Part shown: in pieces, positions 13,104 through 23,234 of the stretch
How positions within the stretch are numbered: the first letter of the stretch is position 1
Layout: each line of letters begins with the position of its first letter
Assembly (NCBI GenBank): GCA_963806225.1
Contig: CAWDXG010000004.1
Coordinates: 1,856,001-1,920,000 of the forward strand
Length of the DNA stretch: 64,000 nt
Source: an uncultured delta proteobacterium
GTDB taxonomy: Bacteria > Myxococcota_A > Polyangia > Polyangiales > Polyangiaceae
Reading direction: 5' to 3'
Made by a program: the position numbers and the translations under genes
The notes under the pieces: model-generated
What the model was told of the DNA's origin: nothing
Databases searched by the model: none
What the model saw: the letters and a program-made list of their open reading frames with translations, nothing else

Positions 13104-13300
13104 GGCGACTCCTTGCTCTCGGCGCAGGCCCGCCGCCCGCCGGCGGGTCCCCCCGGCGCCTCACACACCGCGCGAGTCTACGTGATGACGCAGACCAAAT
13201 CCCCCGATTTTGACCTGGGAACAACGAAAGTGCCCGCGAGGCCCCGGAGACGCGCCGTTCCGACGCAGCGGTTGCGCGCACCGGGGCATGCTGCGTCGTG

Positions 13301-13792
13301 TCAACGCGGAGCGCTGGACGGCGGCGCCGGGGCGGGAGGCGCGCTGCTCCCACCCGTCGCAGGCGCTTGGCGCGGCCGCCAGAGCGGGCGTCCGCGCTCG
13401 TCCCGGATGCGGACGACCTTGCCGTCCTTCTTGATCTCCTCGACCAGGATCGCGGGCTCGCCCTGCACTTCCATCCGGACTCCGCGCACTTCGACCCGCT
13501 CGCTCCGGGAGAAGTGCAGCCCCTTCTGGTCGAGATACCAGCCCGGCGCCAGGCGCACGGCAACCGGGCGACCGAGATCATCACGCACGGTGAGATGGAC
13601 GCCGTAGGAAAGCTGATCCTGCGCGCTGGTCCGATCCACACCGAGCACCCGGCCGTCCACGGTCTCGACCGCCTGGGGATCGAAACGGTGGGTTGCAGGA
13701 GGCGGACCTTCGGACCCCGCTCCGGCAGGAGCGCAGGAACCGGCAAGCAGGCCCAGACCCAGGGCGAGCAGCAGTGCAGTCGACGCGCGCAT
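13301..13792 (-). CDS. Lipoprotein with OB-fold-like domain (MamS/MamX-like family)
   Basis: Signal and lipobox LAGSC; FDPQAVETVDG..GVHL..LAPGWYL..RDERGRPLW pattern. Confidence 0.6.
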   Translation of the reverse strand: MRASTALLLALGLGLLAGSCAPAGAGSEGPPPATHRFDPQAVETVDGRVLGVDRTSAQDQLSYGVHLTVRDDLGRPVAVRLAPGWYLDQKGLHFSRSERVEVRGVRMEVQGEPAILVEEIKKDGKVVRIRDERGRPLWRPRQAPATGGSSAPPAPAPPSSAPR

Positions 13793-13883
13793 GCCCTGAA
13801 ACGTTGCATCTACCGTGCCGCGCGTGTCCCGCTGCAGAGGGGTTGGCACGATCGCTCGCGGCTCGCTATACGAAGCCTTCTCA

Positions 13884-14729
13884 TTGCCCCGACTGTCGAC
13901 CTTCTTCCGGCATACCGCTGTGGCGCTCTGTACGCTGTTCGCGTCCAGGGCCGGCCTGGCGGCGCCTCCTCCTCCGCGACGCGCGCGCCCGCCTACCCCG
14001 CGATATTCGCCGTGGCAGACGAAGAAGATGTCGCCGTTCGTGTCCCTCGCGACGGACGCGGGCTTCATCTATTTCCGCCCACGCCTGACGCTGGGCTACG
14101 GCGCGCCGTTCTGGAACTACGTCGGCATCCAGGCCGACGCCATCTCGACGAACAGCTTCTTCCAGACGACGGTGGGCTGGCGCGCCACGCTGCCGTTCCT
14201 CGACTGCACGATGAGCGTCCGGACGGTATACCCCTATAACCGCCGGTACCTGCCGCGCCAGCCAGCCTACTCCGCGGCGGACCTCGGGCTCGACCATCCG
14301 GGCGCGCAGCGTTCCACCTACAACGCCGTCGATCTGGAGATTGCCGCGGTGGCCCCGCTCCTCCACGGCGGCGTGTTCCTGCAGGCGCACCCGCTGTTCG
14401 TGGATGCGCCGCGGAACACGGATCTGTACGAGGAGTACATCCGGGCGGTCATGCGCCCGCCCTTCGCGCTCGGCACGCGGGGCGGCTACCTGTACGGATT
14501 CGGCGAGGACAGGAACGTGAAGGTCGGCGTGATGGGCGAGTACGTGGTGCTGCCGGGTCGCCCGCAGAACGTCGTTCGCGCTGGGCCCGTGGCGATCGCA
14601 AACCTGAGCAAGCACTTCGACGCTTTCGCCGCGTTCTCGTTCGTCGTCGCGAGCCCCGACACGCTGGGACTCGAGCACGGTACGTACGCCTTCCTCGGCG
14701 TGCTGCACCGCTGGGCGCACACCTTCTAG
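13884..14729 (+). CDS. Hypothetical exported protein, possibly an outer-membrane beta-barrel (start uncertain)
   Basis: Signal-like N-terminus, amphipathic beta-strand pattern, C-terminal Phe (HRWAHTF). Confidence 0.55.
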   Translation: MPRLSTFFRHTAVALCTLFASRAGLAAPPPPRRARPPTPRYSPWQTKKMSPFVSLATDAGFIYFRPRLTLGYGAPFWNYVGIQADAISTNSFFQTTVGWRATLPFLDCTMSVRTVYPYNRRYLPRQPAYSAADLGLDHPGAQRSTYNAVDLEIAAVAPLLHGGVFLQAHPLFVDAPRNTDLYEEYIRAVMRPPFALGTRGGYLYGFGEDRNVKVGVMGEYVVLPGRPQNVVRAGPVAIANLSKHFDAFAAFSFVVASPDTLGLEHGTYAFLGVLHRWAHTF

Positions 14730-14747
14730 CCGAGCACCGCGAGGCGA

Positions 14748-15032
14748 CTACTTGCCGGAAGCGGCGCGCCGCGCCGGCGAGCGCACGCGGCGCGTCTCGC
14801 GACGCTTGAGGTTGCTGTCCGGCTTCTGGCGGTTCGTGCTGCTGCGCGTGGACTTGCGGGAGGGGCGCTCCGTGCCGCTCTCTTCCAGCGCGAAAGACGC
14901 CTTGCGCCCCGCAGCGACGGACGCATTGCGCGACGCCGGCGCGGCGGTGGGGCGCGCTTTCTTCGGAGTTCGCTCCGATTTCTTTCCGGTACGCTCTTGC
15001 TTGCTCTTGAACTGCTCCGCCTTCGTTGCCAT
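14748..15032 (-). CDS. Small, very basic hypothetical protein (94 aa)
   Basis: GGAGG RBS before ATG 15032; MATKAEQFK..RPSRKSTR..; about 30% Lys+Arg. Confidence 0.7.
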   Translation of the reverse strand: MATKAEQFKSKQERTGKKSERTPKKARPTAAPASRNASVAAGRKASFALEESGTERPSRKSTRSSTNRQKPDSNLKRRETRRVRSPARRAASGK

Positions 15033-15066
15033 GGCAAACCTCCGGGGACAGGGATCGAACGTTCGG

Positions 15067-15630
15067 TCAGGACACCGGCTGCGCCGGCTGCACCGGCGTT
15101 GGACGCTCGGAATAGGCTTCCACCAGCTCGTCGGCCAGAGCCTCGAGCTCCGCCTGCTCGCAGTCGGAGCGCGGCATGTCACCCTCACCGAGCATGTCCG
15201 TCTGGTCGGGTGACAAGCGGCTCTCAAGCAGCGGACGCACCACGCGCCGGTACCAACCAAGATGTCCCCGGACCAGATCGACGTAGTTGCGCGCCCGCTG
15301 CGTGACGCTGCGGGGATGACCCAGGGTGCCCGAATCGCGAGCACCTTTCTCCAGAGCGCGGAGGACCTCGCGCGCCTCGAGGCGCCGTACGCGTGCCTCG
15401 GAGAGCTCTTCTGCGCCGGCAGCAACGCCGCCGACCGCCATCGCCGCGAGCAGCAGCGCTTCCTCGCGGGCGCAATGCGGTTCGACGACTCGATCCAGCA
15501 GCGTGACGAAGCGATCGAAGTCACGGGGATCAGCGGTTTTGCGCTCGATCTCGTCGATGTACAGCTCGAAGGCGCCGAGTGCCCGGGCAATGCAGTCCGG
15601 GTCCGTGCCGAGCAGTTTGTCTGGTTGCAT
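15067..15630 (-). CDS. Degenerate hemerythrin-like protein
   Basis: Four-helix pattern IARALGAFE..RFV..HCAREEALL..YVDLVRGHL matching HHE domains; most His/Glu ligands replaced; GGGGG RBS. Confidence 0.55.
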   Translation of the reverse strand: MQPDKLLGTDPDCIARALGAFELYIDEIERKTADPRDFDRFVTLLDRVVEPHCAREEALLLAAMAVGGVAAGAEELSEARVRRLEAREVLRALEKGARDSGTLGHPRSVTQRARNYVDLVRGHLGWYRRVVRPLLESRLSPDQTDMLGEGDMPRSDCEQAELEALADELVEAYSERPTPVQPAQPVS

Positions 15631-15836
15631 GAAGCCCCCTTCCCCTGGCGCACACGAATACATCCGTTCGCAACACTTCGCCAGGGGCTAGCGGGCAATT
15701 TCAAAAGCGCTCACGAACTTTCCTGGATGAGAGCGCGTGGCGGCTCCCCCCAACTATCACTGCGACGCAAACGTTACCGTGGTTCTGCAGCGCAGATGAG
15801 TGCGAGCTGTAGGTCGATGTGCGCGCGCAACACACG

Positions 15837-16907
15837 TCAGTGCGTGCGGGCCTCGGCTCCGATAAACAGCTCGACGCGATTGCGCTCGGGCAGGCGGCGC
15901 AGAGCGAGCACGTCGCGCGTGTCCGCGCTGCCCGCGATGATCGGCGAGGTCGTCGTCAGGATCCACTGCACGCCCGGCAGCGCGTTCGAGAGCGCGGCGA
16001 CGAGCCGGGACTCCACCTGGCGGTCCTGGAGCAGATCGGCCTCGTCGATGGCGACCACGCCCTCCGCGACGCGCGGATCGAGCTCGGGATACGCGGCCCA
16101 CAGCGCTCTGACCGGCAACGCCGCGAACGCCACCAGATGCCGGACGCGGGTGGGCAGCGCATCGAACGAGAGCATGCCTTGACGCCCCGCGTGGAACACC
16201 GGCTCCAGGGATGCAGCGTCGAGCCCGAGATACGAGAACCCCGCCAGCGAAACCAACGCATCCACGGTGTCGCGCATCGCAGCACCAAGCCGTTCGAAAC
16301 GGGCGCTGTCGGGCTGGCGTGACGAGAGCGCCGACGCGATCGTCGAGTACGCCAGAGCCTGCTTGGTGTCGCGCGCCAGATCCGAGCGCGACGCGTCGTC
16401 GAGAGGCGCGGGTGCGCGTACGTCGTAGCGCGCCACGGTGCGCGCGGGCGCACTGATGGCGATCGGTTGGCGCGAGAACCAGCGCGTGCTCGAGATCGCG
16501 ACGAAGACGAATCCGCCGTCCCGGGCCAGCTTGTCGTACAGGGCCTGCTCGCGGCGGCGCAAAGCCTCGTGCTCGTCGTCGGCGAAGGCACGCGCATTCG
16601 GCGACGCGATCGACAGCGGGTGCGGTCGACGGGCGTCGTCACGACCCATCCTGTACTGGCAGATCACGTAGGGGCCCCGCGTTCCGGCCGCGCCCTCGCT
16701 GGGCGGGCCGGCCAACCGCGCCGGCTGCTGGATGATGCAGTGACCCGGCCGGGTGGTGGCAATCGCAGAAACAAGCGTCGTCTTGCCGACCCCGCCGCCT
16801 CCGTGCACGACGCTCACCCGCCTCGGCTCGCCGTCCTCGTCGGTGAACGACAGCTCGACATCCTCGAACGGGCCGACCCCGACCAGACGCACTCCCAGAA
16901 GCTGCAT
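15837..16907 (-). CDS. ABC-type (AAA_21/SMC-like) ATPase with degenerate motifs
   Basis: GPFEDVELSF start, Walker A GGGGVGKTT, Walker B VVAIDEAD, QWILTTTSP (H-loop His replaced by Thr). Confidence 0.75.
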   Translation of the reverse strand: MQLLGVRLVGVGPFEDVELSFTDEDGEPRRVSVVHGGGGVGKTTLVSAIATTRPGHCIIQQPARLAGPPSEGAAGTRGPYVICQYRMGRDDARRPHPLSIASPNARAFADDEHEALRRREQALYDKLARDGGFVFVAISSTRWFSRQPIAISAPARTVARYDVRAPAPLDDASRSDLARDTKQALAYSTIASALSSRQPDSARFERLGAAMRDTVDALVSLAGFSYLGLDAASLEPVFHAGRQGMLSFDALPTRVRHLVAFAALPVRALWAAYPELDPRVAEGVVAIDEADLLQDRQVESRLVAALSNALPGVQWILTTTSPIIAGSADTRDVLALRRLPERNRVELFIGAEARTH

Positions 16908-17031
16908 GTCGGCGGGAGTCTAGGCCAGACTCCGCCATGGAGCACGGCCACTCCAGGACAACCGGGAATATCGAGGCTACGATCCGCCTTGCGGGGTCGA
17001 CATCGCAGAAATCCACCCCGGGAATAGCGAC

Positions 17032-17724
17032 ATGATCGAGCTGTACTTCTGGACTACCCCCAACGGCTACAAGGTCAGCACCCTGCTGGAAGAGCTGGAA
17101 ATGCCCTACAAGGTCGTGCCGGTGAACATCGGCGCCGGCGAGCAGTTCAAGCCGGAGTTTCTGGCCATCTCCCCCAACAACAGGATCCCGGCGATCGTGG
17201 ACGACGACGGCCCGGGCGGCGCTCCGTATTCGCTGTTCGAGTCCGGCGCCATCCTGATGTACCTCGCCGAGAAGGCCGGGCGCCTTCTGCCGAGCGAAAC
17301 GGCCGCGCGCTACCGCGTCATCGAGTGGCTGATGTTCCAGATGGCCAACATCGGCCCGATGCTGGGGCAGGCCCATCACTTCCGTGGGTACGCGCCGGAG
17401 AAGATCGAATATGCGGTGAATCGCTACACCAACGAGGCCAAGCGTCTCTACGGCGTGCTGGATCGGAGGCTGCAGGACCACGAGTACGTCGCCGACGAGT
17501 ACTCGATCGCGGACATCGCCATCTTCCCCTGGCTGCGCTCGCACAAGCGCCAGGGCGTCGTCCTCGACGAGTATCCGCACGTCAAGCGCTGGTTCGAGAC
17601 GATCGACGCACGCCCTGCGGTGAAGCGCGGACTGGAGGTGCTATCCGACCGGCGCCGCACGGGCGGCATGGACGACAATGCCAAGGAGATCCTGTTCGGC
17701 GCTACGCAGTACGAGCGGCGCTAG
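17032..17724 (+). CDS. yfcG: Glutathione S-transferase, YfcG/YghU-type disulfide oxidoreductase
   Basis: MIELYFWTTPNGYKV, ISPNNRIPAI, FESGAIL, GPMLGQAHHF, YSIADIA. Confidence 0.9.
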   Translation: MIELYFWTTPNGYKVSTLLEELEMPYKVVPVNIGAGEQFKPEFLAISPNNRIPAIVDDDGPGGAPYSLFESGAILMYLAEKAGRLLPSETAARYRVIEWLMFQMANIGPMLGQAHHFRGYAPEKIEYAVNRYTNEAKRLYGVLDRRLQDHEYVADEYSIADIAIFPWLRSHKRQGVVLDEYPHVKRWFETIDARPAVKRGLEVLSDRRRTGGMDDNAKEILFGATQYERR

Positions 17725-17727
17725 CGG

Positions 17728-18915
17728 TCACGCCGGCGGCTTGTAGACGCTGTCCTTGCAACCGAAGCGCACATTGATCTTTGCCTTGCTGTCGCTCTGC
17801 ACGGCCTTGCAGGTGTCGGAGCACAGGTAGATCCTCGTCGGGTTGTTGTTGTCGTCGAAGTACCAGCCACCCTGACCCGAGCCACTGGTGCACTGGCTGG
17901 CGTCCGTCACACGGTAGATGGGCTGCGGATTCTTGGCGTTGCCGCCGGGCAGATAGTCGACGTTCACCTTGTCGGGGTCGAGCGTGCCGCTCTTGGGCTT
18001 CGGCACGTCGTATTCGCAGGACACCATCGACTGCGTGACGACCGTCGTCGTGATCGCCTGGAACACGGGCTGCCAGTTGTTGACGCAGATCTGCCCCTGC
18101 GCGCCGCCGGTCTGCTTCACCAGCTGCGCGTACACGGTGCCGACCGCCGCTCCGGTCCCGAACGCGCCGATACAGCCGATGATCGGCGTGCTGCCGTAGG
18201 CGTAGATGGAGTGGAAGATCCAGGTATTGAACATCCCGGCGGGAGCGAGCCCCTGGAGCGCGGTGGTGAACGCGCCAGCCGAGTTGATCGGGCTGTCGGT
18301 GGCGTTGTCGTCACTCACCACGACGAAGTGCTTCACCGCGTCGTAGCGGAGAAAGTCCTTGTACTTGTCGTAGCTGCTGATGATGAGGTCGAGCGCGTTG
18401 TTGCTGTCGACGTGCTGATCGACGAGGCGGAAGCGCGTGTTGTTGCCGCAGCCCGATCCGCCGAGCGGCGGCGGCACGCAAATGGAATTGCCGCCGGATT
18501 TCGCCGCGATCATCACCACGTGGTAGTCGATGCTCCCGCTGCTTCCGATCAGGTTGGCGAAGTTGTTGATCTCCTGCTGAACGTACTGCGTCTCCTGGTT
18601 CATGCTGCCGGACTGGTCAACGGCCCAGATGATGTCGGCCGGCCGCGCGAGCTTCTTGGACGTCGAGGTCGTCTCGGCGCACGCCCCCCCCGAGCCGCCG
18701 GAGTTGGTTCCGCCGCCGCCGCTGCCGCCGAGCAGGACGCTCCCGCCGCTTCCGCCACCGGATCCGCCGGCGCCGGAGCCTCCCGTGCCGCTTCCGCCGG
18801 CTCCGCTTCCGCCGCTTCCGCCGCTTCCGCCAACGTGGGAGCTGGTCCCACCCCCCGCGCTGCAAGCGGCAACCACAGCCGCGCCGAAGATCAAAGCAAG
18901 CTTGTGCAGCCTCAT
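17728..18915 (-). CDS. Myxobacterial VWA-domain lipoprotein
   Basis: Lipobox VAAC, Gly/Ser linker, MIDAS DQSGS, Cys-rich C-terminus (GGWYFD..IYLC..C). Confidence 0.8.
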   Translation of the reverse strand: MRLHKLALIFGAAVVAACSAGGGTSSHVGGSGGSGGSGAGGSGTGGSGAGGSGGGSGGSVLLGGSGGGGTNSGGSGGACAETTSTSKKLARPADIIWAVDQSGSMNQETQYVQQEINNFANLIGSSGSIDYHVVMIAAKSGGNSICVPPPLGGSGCGNNTRFRLVDQHVDSNNALDLIISSYDKYKDFLRYDAVKHFVVVSDDNATDSPINSAGAFTTALQGLAPAGMFNTWIFHSIYAYGSTPIIGCIGAFGTGAAVGTVYAQLVKQTGGAQGQICVNNWQPVFQAITTTVVTQSMVSCEYDVPKPKSGTLDPDKVNVDYLPGGNAKNPQPIYRVTDASQCTSGSGQGGWYFDDNNNPTRIYLCSDTCKAVQSDSKAKINVRFGCKDSVYKPPA

Positions 18916-19071
18916 GGCAGACCTCGTATGGACTGGAAGATTCCGCCGGAGCCTCCCGGCCCTGCGGCCAAACGATGGTCCCAGAGGGTGTGACCGAGGT
19001 CAAGTCGGCATGAGCCGCTTTTTCCAGGGAGCAGGAACTTCTGCACGCCGCAAGGGTCTACCCTGGGCGCG

Positions 19072-19542
19072 ATGGAGGTCCGGACCGAAGTGGAGATCGA
19101 CGCCCCGCCCGAGCAGGTCTGGGCGGTGCTGACGGACTTTGCCGCCTACCACGAGTGGAATCCGTTCATCACCGGGCTTCGCGGCAGGCTCGAGACCGGC
19201 GCACGCCTGCGCGTGGAGCTCAGCTACGCCGACGGCAGACACACCAGCTTCCGGCCGTCGCTCGTCTCGCTGAAACCGGCCGAGGAGCTCCGCTGGATCG
19301 CGAAGCTCTGGTTCAAGGGGCTGTTCGACGGCGAGCACTTCTTCCAGCTGTCGGCGATCGACCGGAACCGGACGCGGCTGGTCCAGGGCGAAAACTTCAG
19401 CGGCCTGTTGGTGAAGCTGGCAGCCAACACGCTCACCCAGAACGCGCGGGGCTTCGTCGGGATGAACGCCGCGCTCAAGCGCCGCGTCGAATCGCAAGCA
19501 CGTTCTAGAACTTCGGCGCCGCGCGGCCGCGAACAGCCTTGA
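19072..19542 (+). CDS. SRPBCC (START/polyketide cyclase) family protein
   Basis: EIDAPPEQVWAVLTDFAAYHEWNPF, LFDGEHFF, MNAALKRRVE. Confidence 0.85.
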   Translation: MEVRTEVEIDAPPEQVWAVLTDFAAYHEWNPFITGLRGRLETGARLRVELSYADGRHTSFRPSLVSLKPAEELRWIAKLWFKGLFDGEHFFQLSAIDRNRTRLVQGENFSGLLVKLAANTLTQNARGFVGMNAALKRRVESQARSRTSAPRGREQP

Positions 19543-20887
19543 TGGCGTCGGGCAGGTCGTCGCTGTCGCGCAGACAGCCGTAGCAGTCCTGTCGCTTGTG
19601 CGGGCCGCAGCCAAAGCGCCGCTGCAGGAGCGCCAACAGATGCAGCGAGCGCCGGTCGCCGTAATCCTTGGCGGCGGACAGCAGCTTCTGGTTTTCCTCG
19701 CAGCTTTGCGCCTTGCGCAGATCGAGCGCCACGGCCAACGCGGGAGTCGCGCGCGCGCGCACGCTCTTTTCGTAGACGAGCTTCTCGGCGAGACGCGTGG
19801 TCGCGGTGCGGCGCGGCGTGCCGGTCCACGTCTCGTACAGCAGGTCCGGGCCGGCAGCGCCGGGAAGCGTTGCCATGATGCGCAGCGCTTCGCGCGCAGT
19901 CTCCGGGTCGCGGGCGGCAGAGATGAGCCCCCGGCTTACCCCTTGGTCCGAGGCGAGCGCCGGTTTCTGCTGCAACTCGCGGCCGATCTTCTCCAGCTCG
20001 TTCCGCCGCTGCATCATCCTGCCGCGCGACAGCGCCAGGGCGGCGTCGACATCCAGCTCCGACCGCGCCTCCAGCTGCTTGATGGCGGCCGGCTCGCCCG
20101 CGGAGGCGCGTTCGACCAGCGAAGTCGCCGCGGGCGTGGCGGAAGCAGCCGGCCCGGCCGAAGGTAGCGCCGGCGACGGCGCGCGCGCGGCCTCGTCCAC
20201 CGCGCGGCGCCCACGGCCGAGCGCGAAGCCGAGCAGCAGACTGCCGATCGACGCCGCCACGACAACCGCGACGACGGGCAGCCACAGCGGTATCTCGGCG
20301 CCCGCCACCCGCACCGTGCGGCTCGGCGCTCCGCCCGGCGCGCGGCCGCTGGAGGGCGGAGCGGGCTCTCCGGCGTAGCGCAGGTCGACGTGACCCTGGG
20401 GAGGCGCCACATCCACGCGACCGGCGGCGGGAGTGGGCGGCGCATCGGGCAGCGAGGGGACAGGCGCCACCGGCTGGGGAGGACCCGCGGCAGGCGGCAG
20501 ACCCAGCTCCGGCAAGGGCGCCTGCGGCACGGCTGCAGCGTAGGGCGACGCATCCGGAGGCGGAGCGCCGAGCATGTGCTCGATCTGCTCGCGACGCACC
20601 GTCGCCAAGGTCGCATCCACGTCGTCGTCGATCGCCTCGAGCAGCGTGTCCACCTCGGTCACCGAGCCTTCCTCGACGCGCGCAGGCTCGGGTGGAGCCG
20701 GCACGAAGTCCGGCGGTACCGGCGGCGGAGGCAACGGTCCGGTCGGCGGCCGCACCGACTCGTCCTGCGCGATCACATCGGGCGCCGGCTGCTCCACTTC
20801 CGTGTCGGTTCCCTCCTCCCAGCCGCCGTCGACGAACGACGTTCGGACAGGAGCCGCCTTCGGCCGCGGTGGCCTGTCGCCCGGCAT
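19505..20887 (-). CDS. Hypothetical membrane protein: Pro-rich N-terminus, one TM, helical Cys-containing C-terminal domain
   Basis: Long ORF with typical codon usage; TM LWLPVVAVVVAASIGSLLLGFAL; C-terminal GCG..DCYGCLR. Confidence 0.65.
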   Translation of the reverse strand: MPGDRPPRPKAAPVRTSFVDGGWEEGTDTEVEQPAPDVIAQDESVRPPTGPLPPPPVPPDFVPAPPEPARVEEGSVTEVDTLLEAIDDDVDATLATVRREQIEHMLGAPPPDASPYAAAVPQAPLPELGLPPAAGPPQPVAPVPSLPDAPPTPAAGRVDVAPPQGHVDLRYAGEPAPPSSGRAPGGAPSRTVRVAGAEIPLWLPVVAVVVAASIGSLLLGFALGRGRRAVDEAARAPSPALPSAGPAASATPAATSLVERASAGEPAAIKQLEARSELDVDAALALSRGRMMQRRNELEKIGRELQQKPALASDQGVSRGLISAARDPETAREALRIMATLPGAAGPDLLYETWTGTPRRTATTRLAEKLVYEKSVRARATPALAVALDLRKAQSCEENQKLLSAAKDYGDRRSLHLLALLQRRFGCGPHKRQDCYGCLRDSDDLPDAIKAVRGRAAPKF

Positions 20888-20944
20888 GGCACCGGAGGCT
20901 ATCATGCTGCGCCGGAGCGTGCTCGCCCGCGGAGCTCCCCCGGC

Positions 20945-23096
20945 TCAACGAGCGCGGGAGGGCGGCGGCCGCGCCGGCCCGGGCGCGGTGCCAGGGCGCG
21001 ACACCGCGATCGCCGCACGCCCGCCACCCGGCAGGAGCGGACAGGCCAGAAGCCGCGGCGCGTAGCGGTGCTTGCGCTGCGTGCTGTGCAGGCGGTGGTA
21101 GGCAACCTGTGCCCGCATCTGCGTCTCGAGCGTGTTGACCAGCGCCGTCGCGACCCGGAGGTTCTTGCCTACGAGATCGTGCACTTCGCCGGGATCGCTT
21201 TTCCAGGTTGAACAGGTGCACCTGGCGACCCGTTCGCTCGACGATCAGCTTCCAGGGCCAGCACACGATGCCGTCCGCGCTGCGCAGGCCCTGGATGTTC
21301 ATGAAGATCGCGGTGTGCTCCTCGGCGTGCTCGGCCGGGTTCAGGAAGCTTCGACCCTGGAACGCCGGATGCGGCGGAATGCCCGACCAGCTCCGCCATC
21401 GTCGGCAGGATGTCGAGCGTCGAGACCGGCTCGTCGACGTCCGCGGGCTTGACGCGCTCAGGCCAGTGCACGAGCAGCGGCACCCGCGACTCGCCCTCGT
21501 ACAGCGTCTTGCCGTGCGTCACCATGCCGTGGTCGAAGAACATCTCGCCGTGGTCGGCGGTGATCACCCACAGCGTGCTGTCGAGCTGACCGGTCTGCTC
21601 CAGATAGTGCGCCATGCGCCCGATCTGCATGTCCACGTAGTGGAGCGCGTTGTCGTAGCGGTTGATCGCTTTCTGACGATCCTTTCTCGGATAGCCGAGA
21701 TACGTGAACGAGCCCGGCGTCGGGTCCGACGGCTGGAACGGCGCGGGTGCGCCGGGCGGGAGCTTGTACGGGAAGTGCGACATCTGCAGGTCGACGTACA
21801 GCGACCAGTGCCCGTGCTGATGGGAGATCCACTTCTCGAGCTCGTCGACGGTCTTCTCGTCGGGCACGACGCGCTCGCTGCCGGTGTCGATGTGGTCGCC
21901 GTTGATAGTTGTCCGAATCCCAGAAGAACGTCGGCGTCGAGGTGGTCTCGAAACGCCGCATGCCCTGCCAGTCCTCGTCCTGGCTGGTGATCGTCGCCGT
22001 GGCGTATCCCATGCGGTGGAACACGTCGTGGAAGAGCACGCGCGGGTAGTCCAGTCGCTTGTACACGTCCAACCCGTATCCCCGACGCGGAAACAGCGAA
22101 GAGATGATGGCGGGCTGCGCGTAGTTCGAGTGGGTGGCGGTGGTCCAGGTCCGCCGCATCCGCAGGCTCTGCCGGGCCAGCTGGTCGAGATTGGGTGTGA
22201 CGGCTCGCGGGTAGCCGAAGTAGCCGAGGTGGTGGATCGAGATCGACTCGAGCGTGAGGAGGATCACGTTCGGGCCATCGTGCGGCGCGGCGCCGACCGC
22301 CTTGTTCCACAGGTTTCCCGCCGACAGTGGCGGCCCCTGCTCGACCCTGGGAAGGCTGCGCTGTCTCCGACTTGGTGGTCGCGACCTTCTCGACCGCGCT
22401 GTCGCCGTCGTCCAGCGTGGCCATCATCACGAGCTCCGGCGTGGTGCGCGAGATCCCCGATGCCCAGGCGTCGGGCACCGGCGCGTCGACGCGAGGGCGA
22501 TGATCGCGCCCAGCCCGCCTCCGATCACGTACAGGCTCCTCGACGCGCGCGGCCGCGCTGCATCGAGCCGGAACGCCCGGAACATGTACACGCCGGCCAG
22601 GACGCCTGAAAGCAACGACGCGCCGAACCAGCTCGCGGTGTATCCGGGGTAGCCGACGAGCGCCGCGTGCACGAAGTGATGCCAGCTGTTCAGGCAGAAC
22701 TCCACGGCGCCCAGCGTCACGTACGAGCCCGACAGGAAGCGCACGACCACGGCCAGCATGTGTGCCGCGAACAGCGCGCCCGTGAGCGCGCCCGTGAGGA
22801 CGACTGCAACCCAGCGCACCGGCCTTCCAGCGCAGCGCTGCCGCGCAGACGACGCTGGCCAGGAGCAGGACGAGACCGTAGCCGGCGGCCGTCAGCAGCA
22901 GGCCCGCCACGCGCTCGGCAAAGCGCGGCGTGGGCCCCCCATCGATCGGCGCACTACCGAACAGCGGCACCACGACCTGATCGAGCAGCCCCAGACAGAG
23001 CCCGAGCACAATCCCCAGGCGCACGCTTCGCGTGCACCAGTTGACGACCCGATCGGGAACGAGGCTGGGCTGGCTGGCCCTGGGAGCGGACGCCAT
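20945..23096 (-). CDS. Membrane-anchored sulfatase/LtaS-like alkaline phosphatase superfamily protein, about 6 frameshifts
   Basis: N-terminal TMs; PNVILLTLES, TPNLD, TATHSNYAQ, SHFPY, YDNALHYVD, ITADHGE, VPLL, DILPT, WKLI..FNL..DPGE spread over successive frames. Confidence 0.75.
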
Positions 23097-23234
23097 TTTG
23101 GACGGTGCGATCATCGAAAAGTAGCGCACTGGAACCGCTCGCAAGAAAAATTCGTCGCCTGGCGCTTCCGGTGAGCGGCCGGCACTGCGCCGAGCCGACA
23201 TACGTGGCAGTATCCCGGCCGGGCGGCCCAGGCG

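Noticed and set aside
13844..13859. TGGCACG sigma54-like element
   Set aside because: The -12 GC is misplaced by one base and TTGC is absent
15670..15683. sigma54-like TGGCGAAGTGTTGC upstream of the hemerythrin-like gene
   Set aside because: GG-to-GC spacing is 9 rather than 10; it would be valid only if an indel error is present
19224..21302. 692-aa minus-strand ORF
   Set aside because: Only its first ~35 aa belong to the frameshifted sulfatase-like gene; the rest is off-frame over the 19505-20887 gene
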